Shown here piece after piece: positions 38,401 to 46,480 of a stretch of 64,000 bases of DNA. A program made the translations under genes and the position numbers. Position 1 is the stretch's first letter, and each line of letters starts with the position of its first letter. A model generated the notes under the pieces. That model saw only the letters and a list, made by a program, of their open reading frames with translations, ran no database searches and had not been told where the DNA came from. Source of the stretch: a virus; the IMG/VR virus record IMGVR_UViG_3300022745_000026, positions 8,692-72,691 of that record, one strand, 5' to 3'.

Positions 38401-40458
38401 CGAAGCGATAGTATCAGAGGCGGTCTTAGTTATGATGTCCTGTAAAGTCTCATACTGCTTTGCAGTGAACCCATAGGCTTGGCCGACGGCGACGGTGACT
38501 TCTGCAGCCTTTTGCATAGCCACGCCCCCCGCTGAGGCAAACCGCATCGTAGGCTCAAGAGCAGCCATTGCGTCGGCGGCGTTCAAGCCGGCCAGGGAGA
38601 GGACCTCAAGTCCCTTGGCAGCTTCCAGCGGACCGTACATACCCTTGTTACCCAACTCCAGCAGGCGGTCACGCAGCATAGCCATGTCTGCAGCCGAAGT
38701 GCCAGCTACTTCAGAGATACCAAACAGGGTGGTCTCAAACTCCTTGCCTGACTTGATAGCCCCCATCAAGCTGAAGGACACCGCAGCACCCGCCAGCAGC
38801 GGTAGGGTGTTACCCCAAGTGAGCCATAGGGCTCCGAAGCCCGATGCCAAGCCTCGTACGCTGGAGTGTAGGTTGTTACCGGATAGCGAGAGTTTCTCGA
38901 AGCTTCCAGCCAAGGCCTCTGCCTCTTTGGCATGAGACGGTAGGTTCAGGGCTGGGAGAGCCTCGGCAATTGGCTTGAGCGGGGCGACACGCATCGCGTT
39001 GTACGGTGTGTAGGAGCCGACAACCTCGTTGCCGCCCAAGCGTTGGCCAGTGTTACCTATGTTTGCAGCTTTTTGAGCCGCCAACTGGGCCTCCCACCAA
39101 GCTGCCCCTGCTGGTTTGTAGCCTTCCATTGTAGAAGCCTTCATAACTCGGGCTGTGGTCTTTTCTAGGGCTGCAACTTCCTTCAGGAGCCCAGCCTCAT
39201 ACCTCTGCATAGCCCCCTGCTGAGTAGCCAACTGGGACTCCCACCAAGCAGGCCCTGCAGGTTTGTAGCCTTCCAATGTGGAGGCCTTCATAACTCGGGC
39301 TGTGGTCTTTTCTAGGGCTGCAACTTCCTTCAGGAGCCCAGCCTCATACCTCTGTGCGGCCTCCTGCTGAGTCGCCAACTGCGACTCCCACCAAGCAGGC
39401 CCTGCAGGTTTGTAGCCTTCCAATGTGGAGGCCTTCATAACTCGGGCTGCAGCCCTGTCCAGCACGGCAGCATCCTTAGCAGCAGCCTCTACCCGAGCCA
39501 GCTCTACCTTCTTGGCGGCCAACCTGATAGCTTCTGCCTCTTTATCAGCCATAGTGCTGATAAGGGCTATCCGAGTCTCATCATGCTTGGCCAATACCAG
39601 CCCACTGCCTTGTATGCCTTGGCGAACAGTACCCACAAAGTCGGAGCCATACTTCTTGGTGGCCAGCTTCTCAGCGTCGGCAGACCCACTCTCTAGCATG
39701 CGCCGAATACTCTCGGAGCGCTTTTGAATGTTGGCCAGCATGGTGCTGGAGCCTTTTTCGCTAATCTGCTGTAAGGCCGTATTGGTGTCTGTCGCGTACT
39801 TGACATTCAGCGCCATATCTCGCTCGGCATCGGACATGCTTCTGCGGCGGGCAGCAAGCGCCTCCCGCTCGGCTTGGCGCTTCAAGCCCTCCACACGCTT
39901 GAACTCGGCAAGTTGAGCGGCCTGGAACCCGCCCAAGTTAACCCCTTGGCTCCGCCAAGCTGCCAGCTCTTCACCCTGCAACTGACCCATCACAGCTAGT
40001 CGATGTTCGTAAGCAGACTTCAGTGCCGTGGTTTGCATATGCACCAAGTTGAGGGATAGCTTATTGCCGCTCTCAATCTCCTCAAGCATCAACTCTTGGG
40101 CGTGTTTGAAGCTCCCGGCAATTCCGGTCTTCTCCATGGACTTCATTGCTTCCGACATCCGACCAAGGCTGGACTTGGATGAGGTGCCTAGCTGTTCTAC
40201 TTTTGAGTCATAAGCCGCCGCAGACTTTATGAAGGAGCCGAAAGACTCCTCCTGAGCTTTTAAGTTCTTAGCGGTGCTGGGGGAGGCAAAGGCATGCGCG
40301 AAATCCACACCAGCAGGAGCAGCAGTCTTTAGGGCGGTGGCGGCTTTGGTGGCCGTATCGCCAAGCTTGTCCAGGCTTTTATCCAGGCGGTCGAGCTTAA
40401 CCAGGTCTCCCTCGGGGATATTAACGCCTATCTCAAGTTTGTCATTGCCTTCGCTCAT
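32434..40458 (-). CDS. tail tape measure protein
   Basis: 2674 aa, Ala-rich helical, TP901-like core (GPLEAAKGLEVLSLAG), hydrophobic segments, C-terminal FATGG..VGENGPEL; follows chaperones. Confidence 0.93.
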   Translation of the reverse strand: MSEGNDKLEIGVNIPEGDLVKLDRLDKSLDKLGDTATKAATALKTAAPAGVDFAHAFASPSTAKNLKAQEESFGSFIKSAAAYDSKVEQLGTSSKSSLGRMSEAMKSMEKTGIAGSFKHAQELMLEEIESGNKLSLNLVHMQTTALKSAYEHRLAVMGQLQGEELAAWRSQGVNLGGFQAAQLAEFKRVEGLKRQAEREALAARRRSMSDAERDMALNVKYATDTNTALQQISEKGSSTMLANIQKRSESIRRMLESGSADAEKLATKKYGSDFVGTVRQGIQGSGLVLAKHDETRIALISTMADKEAEAIRLAAKKVELARVEAAAKDAAVLDRAAARVMKASTLEGYKPAGPAWWESQLATQQEAAQRYEAGLLKEVAALEKTTARVMKASTLEGYKPAGPAWWESQLATQQGAMQRYEAGLLKEVAALEKTTARVMKASTMEGYKPAGAAWWEAQLAAQKAANIGNTGQRLGGNEVVGSYTPYNAMRVAPLKPIAEALPALNLPSHAKEAEALAGSFEKLSLSGNNLHSSVRGLASGFGALWLTWGNTLPLLAGAAVSFSLMGAIKSGKEFETTLFGISEVAGTSAADMAMLRDRLLELGNKGMYGPLEAAKGLEVLSLAGLNAADAMAALEPTMRFASAGGVAMQKAAEVTVAVGQAYGFTAKQYETLQDIITKTASDTIASVSDMAEAFKTASVVAQHFNLSLADTAEGLGSLAQIGITGSAAGTSYRNFYTEITKTSGKVAEALKQLKVNIRQIGGEADGELKPTIEIFRELTLATINKTKASQDSYFAGLSNERGSKTFAAAQAKALETMKSMVPEHLKEAEALEAKGKKAEAAAVRVRAVNEAFDIMAAKSKESTENAAGKNFIISAEKRLTPQGSLDALKASLETGLVKAFGSVSDSLMVFADQLHQTFSSDSFQTGLANLVKGTVNVGLAFVDATKYAWEHKEAMLGVAGAYILFGQEALTALLTGFVAVRAATTAFMAEVAVGSTVMAALRSSIAGVAMSLELLAPGILAAGSALATGALVAGIAAVTLGVIAATAAVGALAVKWIFAGESAQEALEKQDAKTLKGLQESSAAIKAKMNLFNESLTSELAASESALKARKDGLTASQAADKAYGEAAVRRVDEYYRQLAGIERLLAAESELYFIRNSMYDPEMAHATAQAELESRLVKIRQQQSTDVIKTITDTNRLFQIKKQIASFDLAESKTKRRGIQGSEEDIFDAKAGKAKPHKVALDLTQDNTLTELTKRHTTALALFDKLESDKLAILKVKRDAEMITEGQYFAELLAMTRAFSDEKTALLEHDAKTYSDAYATSILNIVSATDKWKKSNPQATSEEVAKAVKDMETKISSAQNSAESFFEKISAEKAKAASATFRLIESEVIKVGKALHDLKKTSQEFWDAQDKAQVKAAAAAALDESLRYADPSYAAGVKASAAAQEALNDQYDKLVPNLKEAQANLDALIASQMDSGVPITAATELMEKYNAQIAALRSEMDKLKGEKAAGITQRAAETAKTILANSERDKLAGSLADAVIGGLTAGGEESAKNLKKVLEDELSKPIKVNMQAMFSSMMGGPAFSGTGFLSGLGGPGALGGLGGPGSTILASLSGLYDKLTGSMNVGASVGNFLMDKSASITSSLGLGEGANQLLGEFGAGMTNTATLQSATMAAQAGGAQLAGVIAGSVMNGVSGYGLSKALSGGFKIDGLNIDAIAGIASMIPGIGPVAGVIGGLVSRAFGHGETQVREQGTRGTFSSSGFSGQNYANMYQQGGWFTSDRTWTETSAIDAGIAKRWTTAFEGVKTAAADSAKAMGLSTDSITNYSKSIDLAAGATSDTVLAVFTGMADELALKLVPNIAGMALEGESARETLARLASGMSTVNNWLTATHHALFAVSISGAAAAAELIKAHGGLDKFIASSQAFYDTYYTSGEKVADSQTKMRKALALLGYALPSTNAGFRALVEGLDLNTEAGRTAHAVLLNLAPEFATTAEALKTLADEASKAAVTASEAILKAVTGSQRDVVQSLGLVTSSLTLLSSTAATPVVSSLAAATAASAAMSNELLFMNSIMGDSASSVLAFKAQIPPLTSGFTDSQQAAYRLQQQIYSLSIAADSANIDFTKLSAALASVNTETFMVTVTKVFEDLAGRIGKVLGDISSERIAVRDAAIGIIAPESMSKSQIESRIASVQSGAPSNSGVLSTAANFNTLTTQLAAANARITAAQAAADTAQANATRYTTATSNYGNAYFDYTNKYSAVAKAQDVVNATPSRAMRDVGDWWNRSSEAYTPQSYIDAVNALTSAQAALKDSEAKMYSAQALRNQIITELGGNGQGALTAANQNLVAETTTRDALQAQVTSAQAVAKAAVLAYQKAMQDFVNSASTSVTQLAKLKDETVKYYESQKALADLLAKSAAGIRETIRSYKFSQMTDVQKAEDLKSQFAQATLLAQSATGEGLAAAGDKVNSLINPLIEALQATGQDSLVSKVLADSESVAALVDKNILAMGDYKSESLALLDMIDKKLLALGASTGSAQDVIAAAVAAGSDKTASGLRAVIAAILGQSIPAFATGGFHTGGLRLVGENGPELEATGPSRIYNAAQTQSLLDGTGGSNTAQLEALIAQQAEIMRQQSRQLENMSYELRAIAGSTGYTSAVLKKVTQGGESLQTTEVPAT
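39078..39450 (-). repeat. 147-bp (49-aa) tandem repeat, about 2.5 copies, inside tape measure gene
   Basis: TCATAACTCGGGCTG at 39141, 39288, 39435; ARVMKAST(L/M)EGYKPAG(P/A)AWWE x3. Confidence 0.9.
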
Positions 40459-40522
40459 CGGGTGCTCCTGTAGGATTAGCGATTTTACTCGCTGCCATCG
40501 TCATTCACTAGCGACAAAAACG

Positions 40523-40550
40523 ATAAAGCCAGCACTGAGGCTGGCTTTAT
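40523..40550 (-). terminator. hairpin terminator after chaperone genes
   Basis: ATAAAGCCAG...CTGGCTTTAT inverted repeat. Confidence 0.6.
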
Positions 40551-40879
40551 TTGCTTTTCTCTGCCTGAAAAGACTTGTAGGCCCTATCAAGTACCCTTAT
40601 ACCCCACCATAGGTCTTGGGCATCATGCAGCCCTATTCTATGGTGAGCACAGTAGGCGTTGAACTCTACCAAGGTAAGCCGGTTTACCCCAGCCATCGCC
40701 GCCTGCCTCGTCTCTGACAAATCCCAGAAGACCTGCATTGTGTAGCTCAGGTGCTTCTGGATTGTCGGCCTTCTGGCCAAGGCTGCCGGCTTTATGCCTG
40801 AATTTTCTTCAAACTCAAGCAGTTCCTTTATGGAGGCACCCCACTCAAGTTCCCAGATCAGGCAGTCCTCTAGTTTTTT
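40547..40879 (-). CDS. tail assembly chaperone, -1 frameshift extension (GT-like)
   Basis: -1 frame is open from A AAA AAC (40873-40879) through KLEDCLIWELEWG... into the 40547-40780 ORF. Confidence 0.85.
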   Translation of the reverse strand, partial: KKLEDCLIWELEWGASIKELLEFEENSGIKPAALARRPTIQKHLSYTMQVFWDLSETRQAAMAGVNRLTLVEFNAYCAHHRIGLHDAQDLWWGIRVLDRAYKSFQAEKSK

Positions 40880-41271
40880 GCGTCTTCAGCCTCTTGCTCG
40901 GCCTTGAACGATTCAAAGTCTTCGCTTACGGACGAGATGTAGCGGCGGAAGTCCTTGATGGCCAACAGGCGCTTAGCATTCTCAATGCTATATTCCAGCT
41001 TCTCGCCCTTGATAGATACGTCACCCTTCCAACCCAACAGGATTGTCTTGGCCATAACTTCGCCCATCAGGCTCTCATTGAGCGCTTCAGCAGCCTCGCC
41101 CTTAGACTCCAAAGCAACTTTGTTACGCTTGTACATACTGGCCAAGAGGCGGTTGTACTTGGCGTTGCCAGCACGAGCTACCAAGAAGCTCACGCCGTTG
41201 CCGTACTCGACCCAGCGTCCGTCTTGCTCAGCTTTTTCATCTACAGCGAAGGTGGAAAAAATATCTAACAT
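40870..41271 (-). CDS. tail assembly chaperone (G-like)
   Basis: Start MLDIF at 41271 after AGGA; ends EDAKN at the slippery site; lies between tail tube and tape measure. Confidence 0.85.
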   Translation of the reverse strand: MLDIFSTFAVDEKAEQDGRWVEYGNGVSFLVARAGNAKYNRLLASMYKRNKVALESKGEAAEALNESLMGEVMAKTILLGWKGDVSIKGEKLEYSIENAKRLLAIKDFRRYISSVSEDFESFKAEQEAEDAKN

Positions 41272-41303
41272 AGGATTCCTTGTGGTGGTGGTTGATTGAT
41301 TCC

Positions 41304-41500
41304 GGTACAGAGTATATCGCAAAGTGATAGACCCACGGCTAAAGCCGGGGGCTTCATGCTTCACAGGCAATAGCCGCCACGGATGACTTACGCCCCCGCT
41401 TTGGTCTTACATCGCCTCCACATGCAGTAACGACCAATCCGGCCGCTAACATTCTTTTTGCTTCATTGCGAATATTGATTGCGGCGTTCACGTCTCTATC
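41304..41500 (-). ncRNA. predicted omega/reRNA with flank-derived guide; 5' boundary approximate
   Basis: TnpB RNAs are known to overlap the tnpB 3' end and right end; guide would begin TTTGCGATATACTCTG after TCAC. Confidence 0.6.
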
Positions 41501-42631
41501 GTGAATTTCACCGCAAGCAGCGCAAGTCCAGCCCCTAACCTCCAAGGGCATTGATGGGGCTTTAGTCAAGCAGCCAGAGCACAATTTGCTAGAAGGGAAC
41601 CACCGATTGACTTCGATGTACCCCTTGCCGGCTTTTTGTGCCTTGTACTTGATGAACCCCGTGAACATACCCCAGCCCGCATCGCCAATTGACTTTGCTA
41701 AGTTGTGGTTTTTCATCATGCCTTGCACATTCAACCCCTCGACCGCTATAACTTGGTTTTCGTCAACAATACGGCGAGACAGTTTGTGCAGGTAATCTTT
41801 TCGCTGATTTGCAACCTTGGCGTGAACCTTGGCTACCAAGACGCGAGCCTTGTTTCTATTAGCAGAGCCTTTTTGTTTGCGCGCTAGCTTTTGCTGTTTG
41901 CGCTTGAGGTTCTTTTCTGCTTTTCTAAAGAATCGTTTTGTGTCAAATTTAGAACCATCGCTTGTTACGGCGAAAGTCTCAAGACCAACATCAACACCAA
42001 TGAATTTACCCTTGTAGGAGGGTGCTGGCACTTCTAGGCCGTCATCCATCAGGATTGCAGCGTAGTAGTGACCGCTTGCATCTTTCGATACCGTGACCGT
42101 CTTCATAGTGCCAACTAGCTCACGATGCACTACAGCTTTGACGTGGCCTATTTTGGGCAGGTAAATCTTGCAACCGTCAACAATCTTGACACCCTGTGGG
42201 TATTGGATGGATTGCTTACCCTGTTTACTTTTGAACTTGGGGTACTTCGCACGCTTCTCAAAGAAATTGACGAATGCACGGGACATATGCAGGCTAACGC
42301 TTTGTAGGACTTGGCTATGCACCTGAGTCAACCAATCAAATTCTTCTTTTAGCGCAGGCAGGCGTGCATTCAGTGCAAACTGACCTAGCCCTTTGCCTGT
42401 TTCTTTGTAAGTCTCTTGTGTTTTGCCAAGCTGTTATTCCAGAACCAACGCGCACAACCAAATGCCTGAGCTAGCTTTTGCTGCTGCTGCATGTTCGGGT
42501 AGATGCGTATATGGGTTGCTTGAAACATTTGCTTATTGTATATCTAATTTATGATAAGTGCAACAAGTTGTTCAAATTATTCCGAAGTTGCCTTATACCC
42601 CAAGCCTGGGGGCGGGATTTACGGAAAACTG
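41324..42631 (-). mobile_element. tnpB-only IS200/IS605-family element (IS1341-like)
   Basis: Right end GAAG-CCCCCGGCTTTAGCCGTGGG-TCTATCAC; left end TTTAA|CAGTTTTCCGT-AAAT-hairpin; no tnpA. Confidence 0.85.
41354..42528 (-). pseudogene. tnpB: TnpB RNA-guided nuclease with a 1-nt frameshift near codon 36
   Basis: MFQATHIRIYPN...FGCARWFWN from ATG 42528 is out of frame with TQETYKETGKG...; RuvC GVDVG/VEGL/DRDVNAA and CxxC...CxxC intact. Confidence 0.85.
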
Positions 42632-42633
42632 TT

Positions 42634-42666
42634 AAAAAGGCTCCGAGAAATTTCTTTCCCGGAGCC
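42634..42666 (-). terminator. terminator of tail tube gene
   Basis: GGCTCCGGGAAA...TTTCTCGGAGCC-TTTTT on - strand. Confidence 0.8.
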
Positions 42667-42698
42667 AAAAGGTTGGTACCACCCAACCACCACGAAAT

Positions 42699-43916
42699 TT
42701 AGACAGCTGCCACGCCGAAGGCGTCTAAAAACACTACCTTCTGCAGGGTAGCATCAGCATTAGAAGCGTCACGCAAAGCAGTGAACTTAACATCAGCCAT
42801 CAAGTCAGCATCCTTGCCACCAGCGGTAATCTGGTAGGAAGAGATAGTAACTGCAGGCAGAGAGAACACATAACCGTTACCTGCGCCATCCATTGTGGAA
42901 AAGGCCAAGGAGGTCAAGGTGTTGTTCACGAACTTGTCGAAGATAGTCTTGTCGGCAAAGTAGATGGACATAGAGCCAGTCAGGGCGATAGTTCCGCTAC
43001 CGATACCAACGCTACCCAAGGAGCACAGAGCATCTTGTTCGCGCAGAGCATTGTCGTAGTCCAAGCTGAGGGACTTGACGAAGGTGCTGGACAATGGGAC
43101 ACCGCCCTCCCACACTTGGCAAGAGCTTCCTGTGACGCCGGACTGGATGTCGAAGGTGTAGCTGGACACTGGAGTTCCAGGCAACACAGTCGCAGTAGTC
43201 ATGGCTGCTTGCTTACCAACAAACGAGAAGTTGATGGTAGACAGATTACCCGACTGGATGGAAATAGCCATCTTGCTTGGGGTCATTCCAGTGAAGGCTT
43301 CAAACACGCCCACGTCAGTCATGTTCTTCTCAATGGTGTAAGAAGTCTGAGTGGTTCCATGGGTCAAGCGGCGAGTCTGCACAGAGCAGGTGGCGACAGC
43401 AGTGCCTACGGTAGCAGGGGTGCCAGCATCCAAGGTGATTACGGTGGCCGTCGGGGCAGTCACAGAACTCACGCGGAAGAGCTTACCGTTGTTCACACCG
43501 CCAGTTGTCAGACGGAACCACTGACCTTTTTTCAGGTTGGTGAAGGCGCTGGTAGTGGTGGGGGCCACAGAAGCAGTGATGGTGGTAGCAGTGAAGTCTG
43601 CAGTGAAAGTGGTGCCGATACCGTTGGTACCATGGACAGAGAACGTGCTCTGCAAGGTGGATTCCATCAGGCGGTCGTACTCGCGGTACTGCATCTCACC
43701 GTTCAGGTCCCCGGAGCACTTAGCACCAGTAGGGACCATGCTGGAGGACGAGCGGGTAGAGTTGATTTCCGTAGACACAGCTTTGGTGATGTCATAGGTC
43801 AAGCTCTCGCCGGTGATACGAATATTCAGGGGGTTACCTGCAACAGGGGTAACGCCGAAAGTGGCTTCAGGGATGTAGCGTACCTGTGCGGCGCTAGTGC
43901 TTGCGAGGATGGGCAT
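42699..43916 (-). CDS. major tail (tube) protein
   Basis: EATFGVTP..RITGESL N-terminus, Thr-rich beta protein, upstream of chaperones. Confidence 0.85.
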   Translation of the reverse strand: MPILASTSAAQVRYIPEATFGVTPVAGNPLNIRITGESLTYDITKAVSTEINSTRSSSSMVPTGAKCSGDLNGEMQYREYDRLMESTLQSTFSVHGTNGIGTTFTADFTATTITASVAPTTTSAFTNLKKGQWFRLTTGGVNNGKLFRVSSVTAPTATVITLDAGTPATVGTAVATCSVQTRRLTHGTTQTSYTIEKNMTDVGVFEAFTGMTPSKMAISIQSGNLSTINFSFVGKQAAMTTATVLPGTPVSSYTFDIQSGVTGSSCQVWEGGVPLSSTFVKSLSLDYDNALREQDALCSLGSVGIGSGTIALTGSMSIYFADKTIFDKFVNNTLTSLAFSTMDGAGNGYVFSLPAVTISSYQITAGGKDADLMADVKFTALRDASNADATLQKVVFLDAFGVAAV

Positions 43917-44024
43917 ATGTGGCTCCTAGTAAAAGATGTTGAAGTTTGCACTTTTATCTGGAACCTGTAGCCCATTTACTGCTGAGTGCGGCACTCCTGT
44001 CAGTGGGTCACTGACGACAGGTCA

Positions 44025-44438
44025 TTAGTTGTCATCAGCCCAGAATGGAACTAAGGCCGGATAGTAGACCCACCCCTTGAACGCCTGCTCTCTGGCGAAG
44101 GAGGCCATGCGAGTGCGGACACCGCCGAACTGAGAGCGCTGCAAGGCTCGATAGAAGTGCTCCAAGAGCACCAAGGCCTTGGCTGACCCTGCTCCTTCCT
44201 TGGTAGCCGCCTGCAGGTGTATCTGGCCGACCTTCCGATGTATCGGGTTTGCACTCAGGTCTGCTTGTGCGCCGTCCAAGAATCGGATGTTCACCACCAA
44301 GAACGGGTCAAGCTGCGTTGCCGTATCGACTATGATTCGGTTGTCGTATTCAATGACAAGTGGGTAGCCTGTAAAGCTGGCCTTGGCAGCTTCTACAGCA
44401 GTAACTATACTTTGACGGTGTTGTTCAAGTGTGGCCAT
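44025..44438 (-). CDS. tail terminator-like protein
   Basis: Size and synteny before tail tube; IEYDN, GAGSAKA. Confidence 0.6.
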   Translation of the reverse strand: MATLEQHRQSIVTAVEAAKASFTGYPLVIEYDNRIIVDTATQLDPFLVVNIRFLDGAQADLSANPIHRKVGQIHLQAATKEGAGSAKALVLLEHFYRALQRSQFGGVRTRMASFAREQAFKGWVYYPALVPFWADDN

Positions 44439-44968
44439 TATGAAATCCAGTTGTATTTGTACTTCTGTATAATATAGTCTACAAAAGCTATGCCTTCTAA
44501 GTGGCGATGTATAGGCCGGTAGTTGGGGTCCATGTTTCCGGTCTTGATGCTACCGGAGATTGGAGAGGAGTTGACAAGTGTTACCTTGGTATTGTATTTT
44601 ATCGTGCTGATGACAGCCAGCCCGCTTGCCAAGGGTTCTTGTATAGCCTCTGGATGGCCTGCATACCTTACCTTATCGTAGTATTCCTTGATCTGGCTGG
44701 AATCCCTATGATTAATACTACGGTACTCGTTATCTAGTTCAGTCTTATACCAGTTTTTAGTGTAGCCAGTGTGTGGACTATTAGCTGTAACTACCTGCCA
44801 GTTAGAAACGAAATCTCCAGAATACTGTGGAGATTCCTTTAGAACTGCTTTCAAAACCTGTGTAACTTTTTTCTTGACGAACTCAGTCGGCCTACTCTTG
44901 ATGAGGGCTCTTTGGGCTTTCGTTTTGCTCAGAAACGAATTTAAGTTCTTTACTTCAATTCCGGCCAT
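44438..44968 (-). CDS. neck / tail completion protein
   Basis: SPQYSGDFVSNWQV resembles the PVDTG..W motif; start MAGIEVK after GAGG. Confidence 0.6.
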   Translation of the reverse strand: MAGIEVKNLNSFLSKTKAQRALIKSRPTEFVKKKVTQVLKAVLKESPQYSGDFVSNWQVVTANSPHTGYTKNWYKTELDNEYRSINHRDSSQIKEYYDKVRYAGHPEAIQEPLASGLAVISTIKYNTKVTLVNSSPISGSIKTGNMDPNYRPIHRHLEGIAFVDYIIQKYKYNWIS

Positions 44969-44970
44969 AC

Positions 44971-45804
44971 TCAACCTCGACGGATGTGCAGGCTCCAAGC
45001 ATCTTGGTCTGAGACTATGGCAATAATTCTCCAACTCTCAGAATTAACCACTACGTTTTGACCGACTACTGGGCTAACTGACGACTTAGCAACAATCAAC
45101 GCCATGTCACCAGCCAAGTTGCTTGGGCTTGCTTGCGTGCGAAACTCATAGACCTTGTAGTAGTCCAAGAGGATTGACGGCACCGTCACGCTGGCAGCGC
45201 TGTAAGTGTCGAGCACGGGATTGTACACGCCAGTGCTGGTGAAGGTGGAGGAAATTACGCCGTAATCAATTTCGTCGCATTGAGCTGTCTTGAAGCCTTC
45301 CAAGGACAGGTGGACCGTGCGTACACGGTAGAGGGTTGGGCCCTGCTTAACCAAGGTCCCTTTTGCGATTACTGCATTCTTGCTGAAGTGGAAAATCCAG
45401 AATGGGTCATACTGGGCGTCAGTGACGCCGTTCACAGTGTCCTTCAGGTAATCCCGCTGCCCATGCTGTGCGGTAACTACGGTGCCGGAGCATGCTTGGC
45501 CAGGTGTGACAAGGCTGAATAGCCCGCTGCTTGCCTTCATCCAGTAAGACGCTCGGATAGCCCCTCCCCGCCACTCATCCAGTATTCCATCACCAACTAC
45601 CCACATCTCATTCAGTACGTTGATTGTGGAATGCGTGGGAGTGGTGATGGATGGGTCAACGCTCAGTACCCGGCGCTTAGCTGTACTGCCGTCGGGCGAG
45701 GCCTCTAGGAAGGTTGACACCTGTGCCTTGAACAGCAGAGCATTGTTGTAGGCATCGTACACCTGGCAGGTGTCAAATCGGCGGGCAGCAGCCTTTAATT
45801 TCAT
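44971..45804 (-). CDS. head closure / head-tail joining protein
   Basis: Synteny; C-terminal GVYNP...WRII pattern. Confidence 0.55.
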   Translation of the reverse strand: MKLKAAARRFDTCQVYDAYNNALLFKAQVSTFLEASPDGSTAKRRVLSVDPSITTPTHSTINVLNEMWVVGDGILDEWRGGAIRASYWMKASSGLFSLVTPGQACSGTVVTAQHGQRDYLKDTVNGVTDAQYDPFWIFHFSKNAVIAKGTLVKQGPTLYRVRTVHLSLEGFKTAQCDEIDYGVISSTFTSTGVYNPVLDTYSAASVTVPSILLDYYKVYEFRTQASPSNLAGDMALIVAKSSVSPVVGQNVVVNSESWRIIAIVSDQDAWSLHIRRG

Positions 45805-46289
45805 GCTGTCACCGGGTCTTTGGCCAGGCCTGCAGCCACTGTGAATATTGGCGTGATACTCTGGGGAGGGGTGTAGCCGTTCAAGAGGGTAAGGGAGGCT
45901 TGTAGCCGTGCCCGAATGCTGACATACCCTGCATTCACCCCGTTGCGGACAGTCTCGAAGGGGTCTGCAAAGCGCTCAAATGAGGCCCGACCGTCTGTAA
46001 CCTTTAGGGGGCTGAATAGGGGCAGGGAGGTGAGCAGTAACTTGCTGTAGGCATAGGCAGAAAACATGTTTGCTACTGCGAACACCTTGGTCTGCAGGGC
46101 TGTCCGGGACATGACAGGGGTGGCCAAGATGGAGTCCAGGAGTGCCGGCAAGGTCGAGTCTATGTCCGACAGCTCAAGTTCCAGTTGGTCGGTGAAGACC
46201 TTTAGGTCAAGTGTAGCGTCTTCGAGTTCTTCGTCGGAAACTCCAAGGACCGCTCGAACTTCATCTGGGGTGGTGCGTGTTAGGGCCAT
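45801..46289 (-). CDS. head-tail adaptor protein
   Basis: TTPDEVRAVLGVSDEEL; first joining gene after capsid. Confidence 0.6.
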   Translation of the reverse strand: MALTRTTPDEVRAVLGVSDEELEDATLDLKVFTDQLELELSDIDSTLPALLDSILATPVMSRTALQTKVFAVANMFSAYAYSKLLLTSLPLFSPLKVTDGRASFERFADPFETVRNGVNAGYVSIRARLQASLTLLNGYTPPQSITPIFTVAAGLAKDPVTA

Positions 46290-46359
46290 GCGTCGATTAT
46301 GGGCGGCTTTGTAGTTTTTGGGTGCTTAGGTGGTGGAAGATGGCAGTTTGTGATATACT

Positions 46360-46470
46360 GGCTTCAACAGCTTCTGAATACCTGTAGGAAGGGTAGAATT
46401 CAAAAGCTGTTAAAGGCCTACCGCCTGTGCTTTCGTGTTCCTACCACGGAGGTGCAGGCGGTTTTCTTTT
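46360..46470 (+). ncRNA. structured leader with two hairpins and complementary 7-nt loops
   Basis: TGATATACT extended -10 at 46351-46359; loop GTAGGAA (46384-46390) complements loop TTCCTAC (46438-46444); 18-bp stem with 4 G-U pairs then T run. Confidence 0.65.
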
Positions 46471-46480
46471 GGAGATTGAG

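Noticed and set aside
41272-41370. N-terminal extension of the chaperone ORF in the track
   Set aside because: It runs through the IS right end; the ATG at 41271 has the RBS
43035-43970. Long antisense ORFs such as 43035-43970, 47605-48384 and 56334-57350
   Set aside because: Shadow frames opposite well-supported structural genes, with no motifs
46347-46359. TTTGTGATATACT matches 12 of the first 13 nt of the TnpB guide
   Set aside because: Not preceded by the inferred TTTAA TAM, the match stops at 13 nt, and both are simply -10-like promoter sequences
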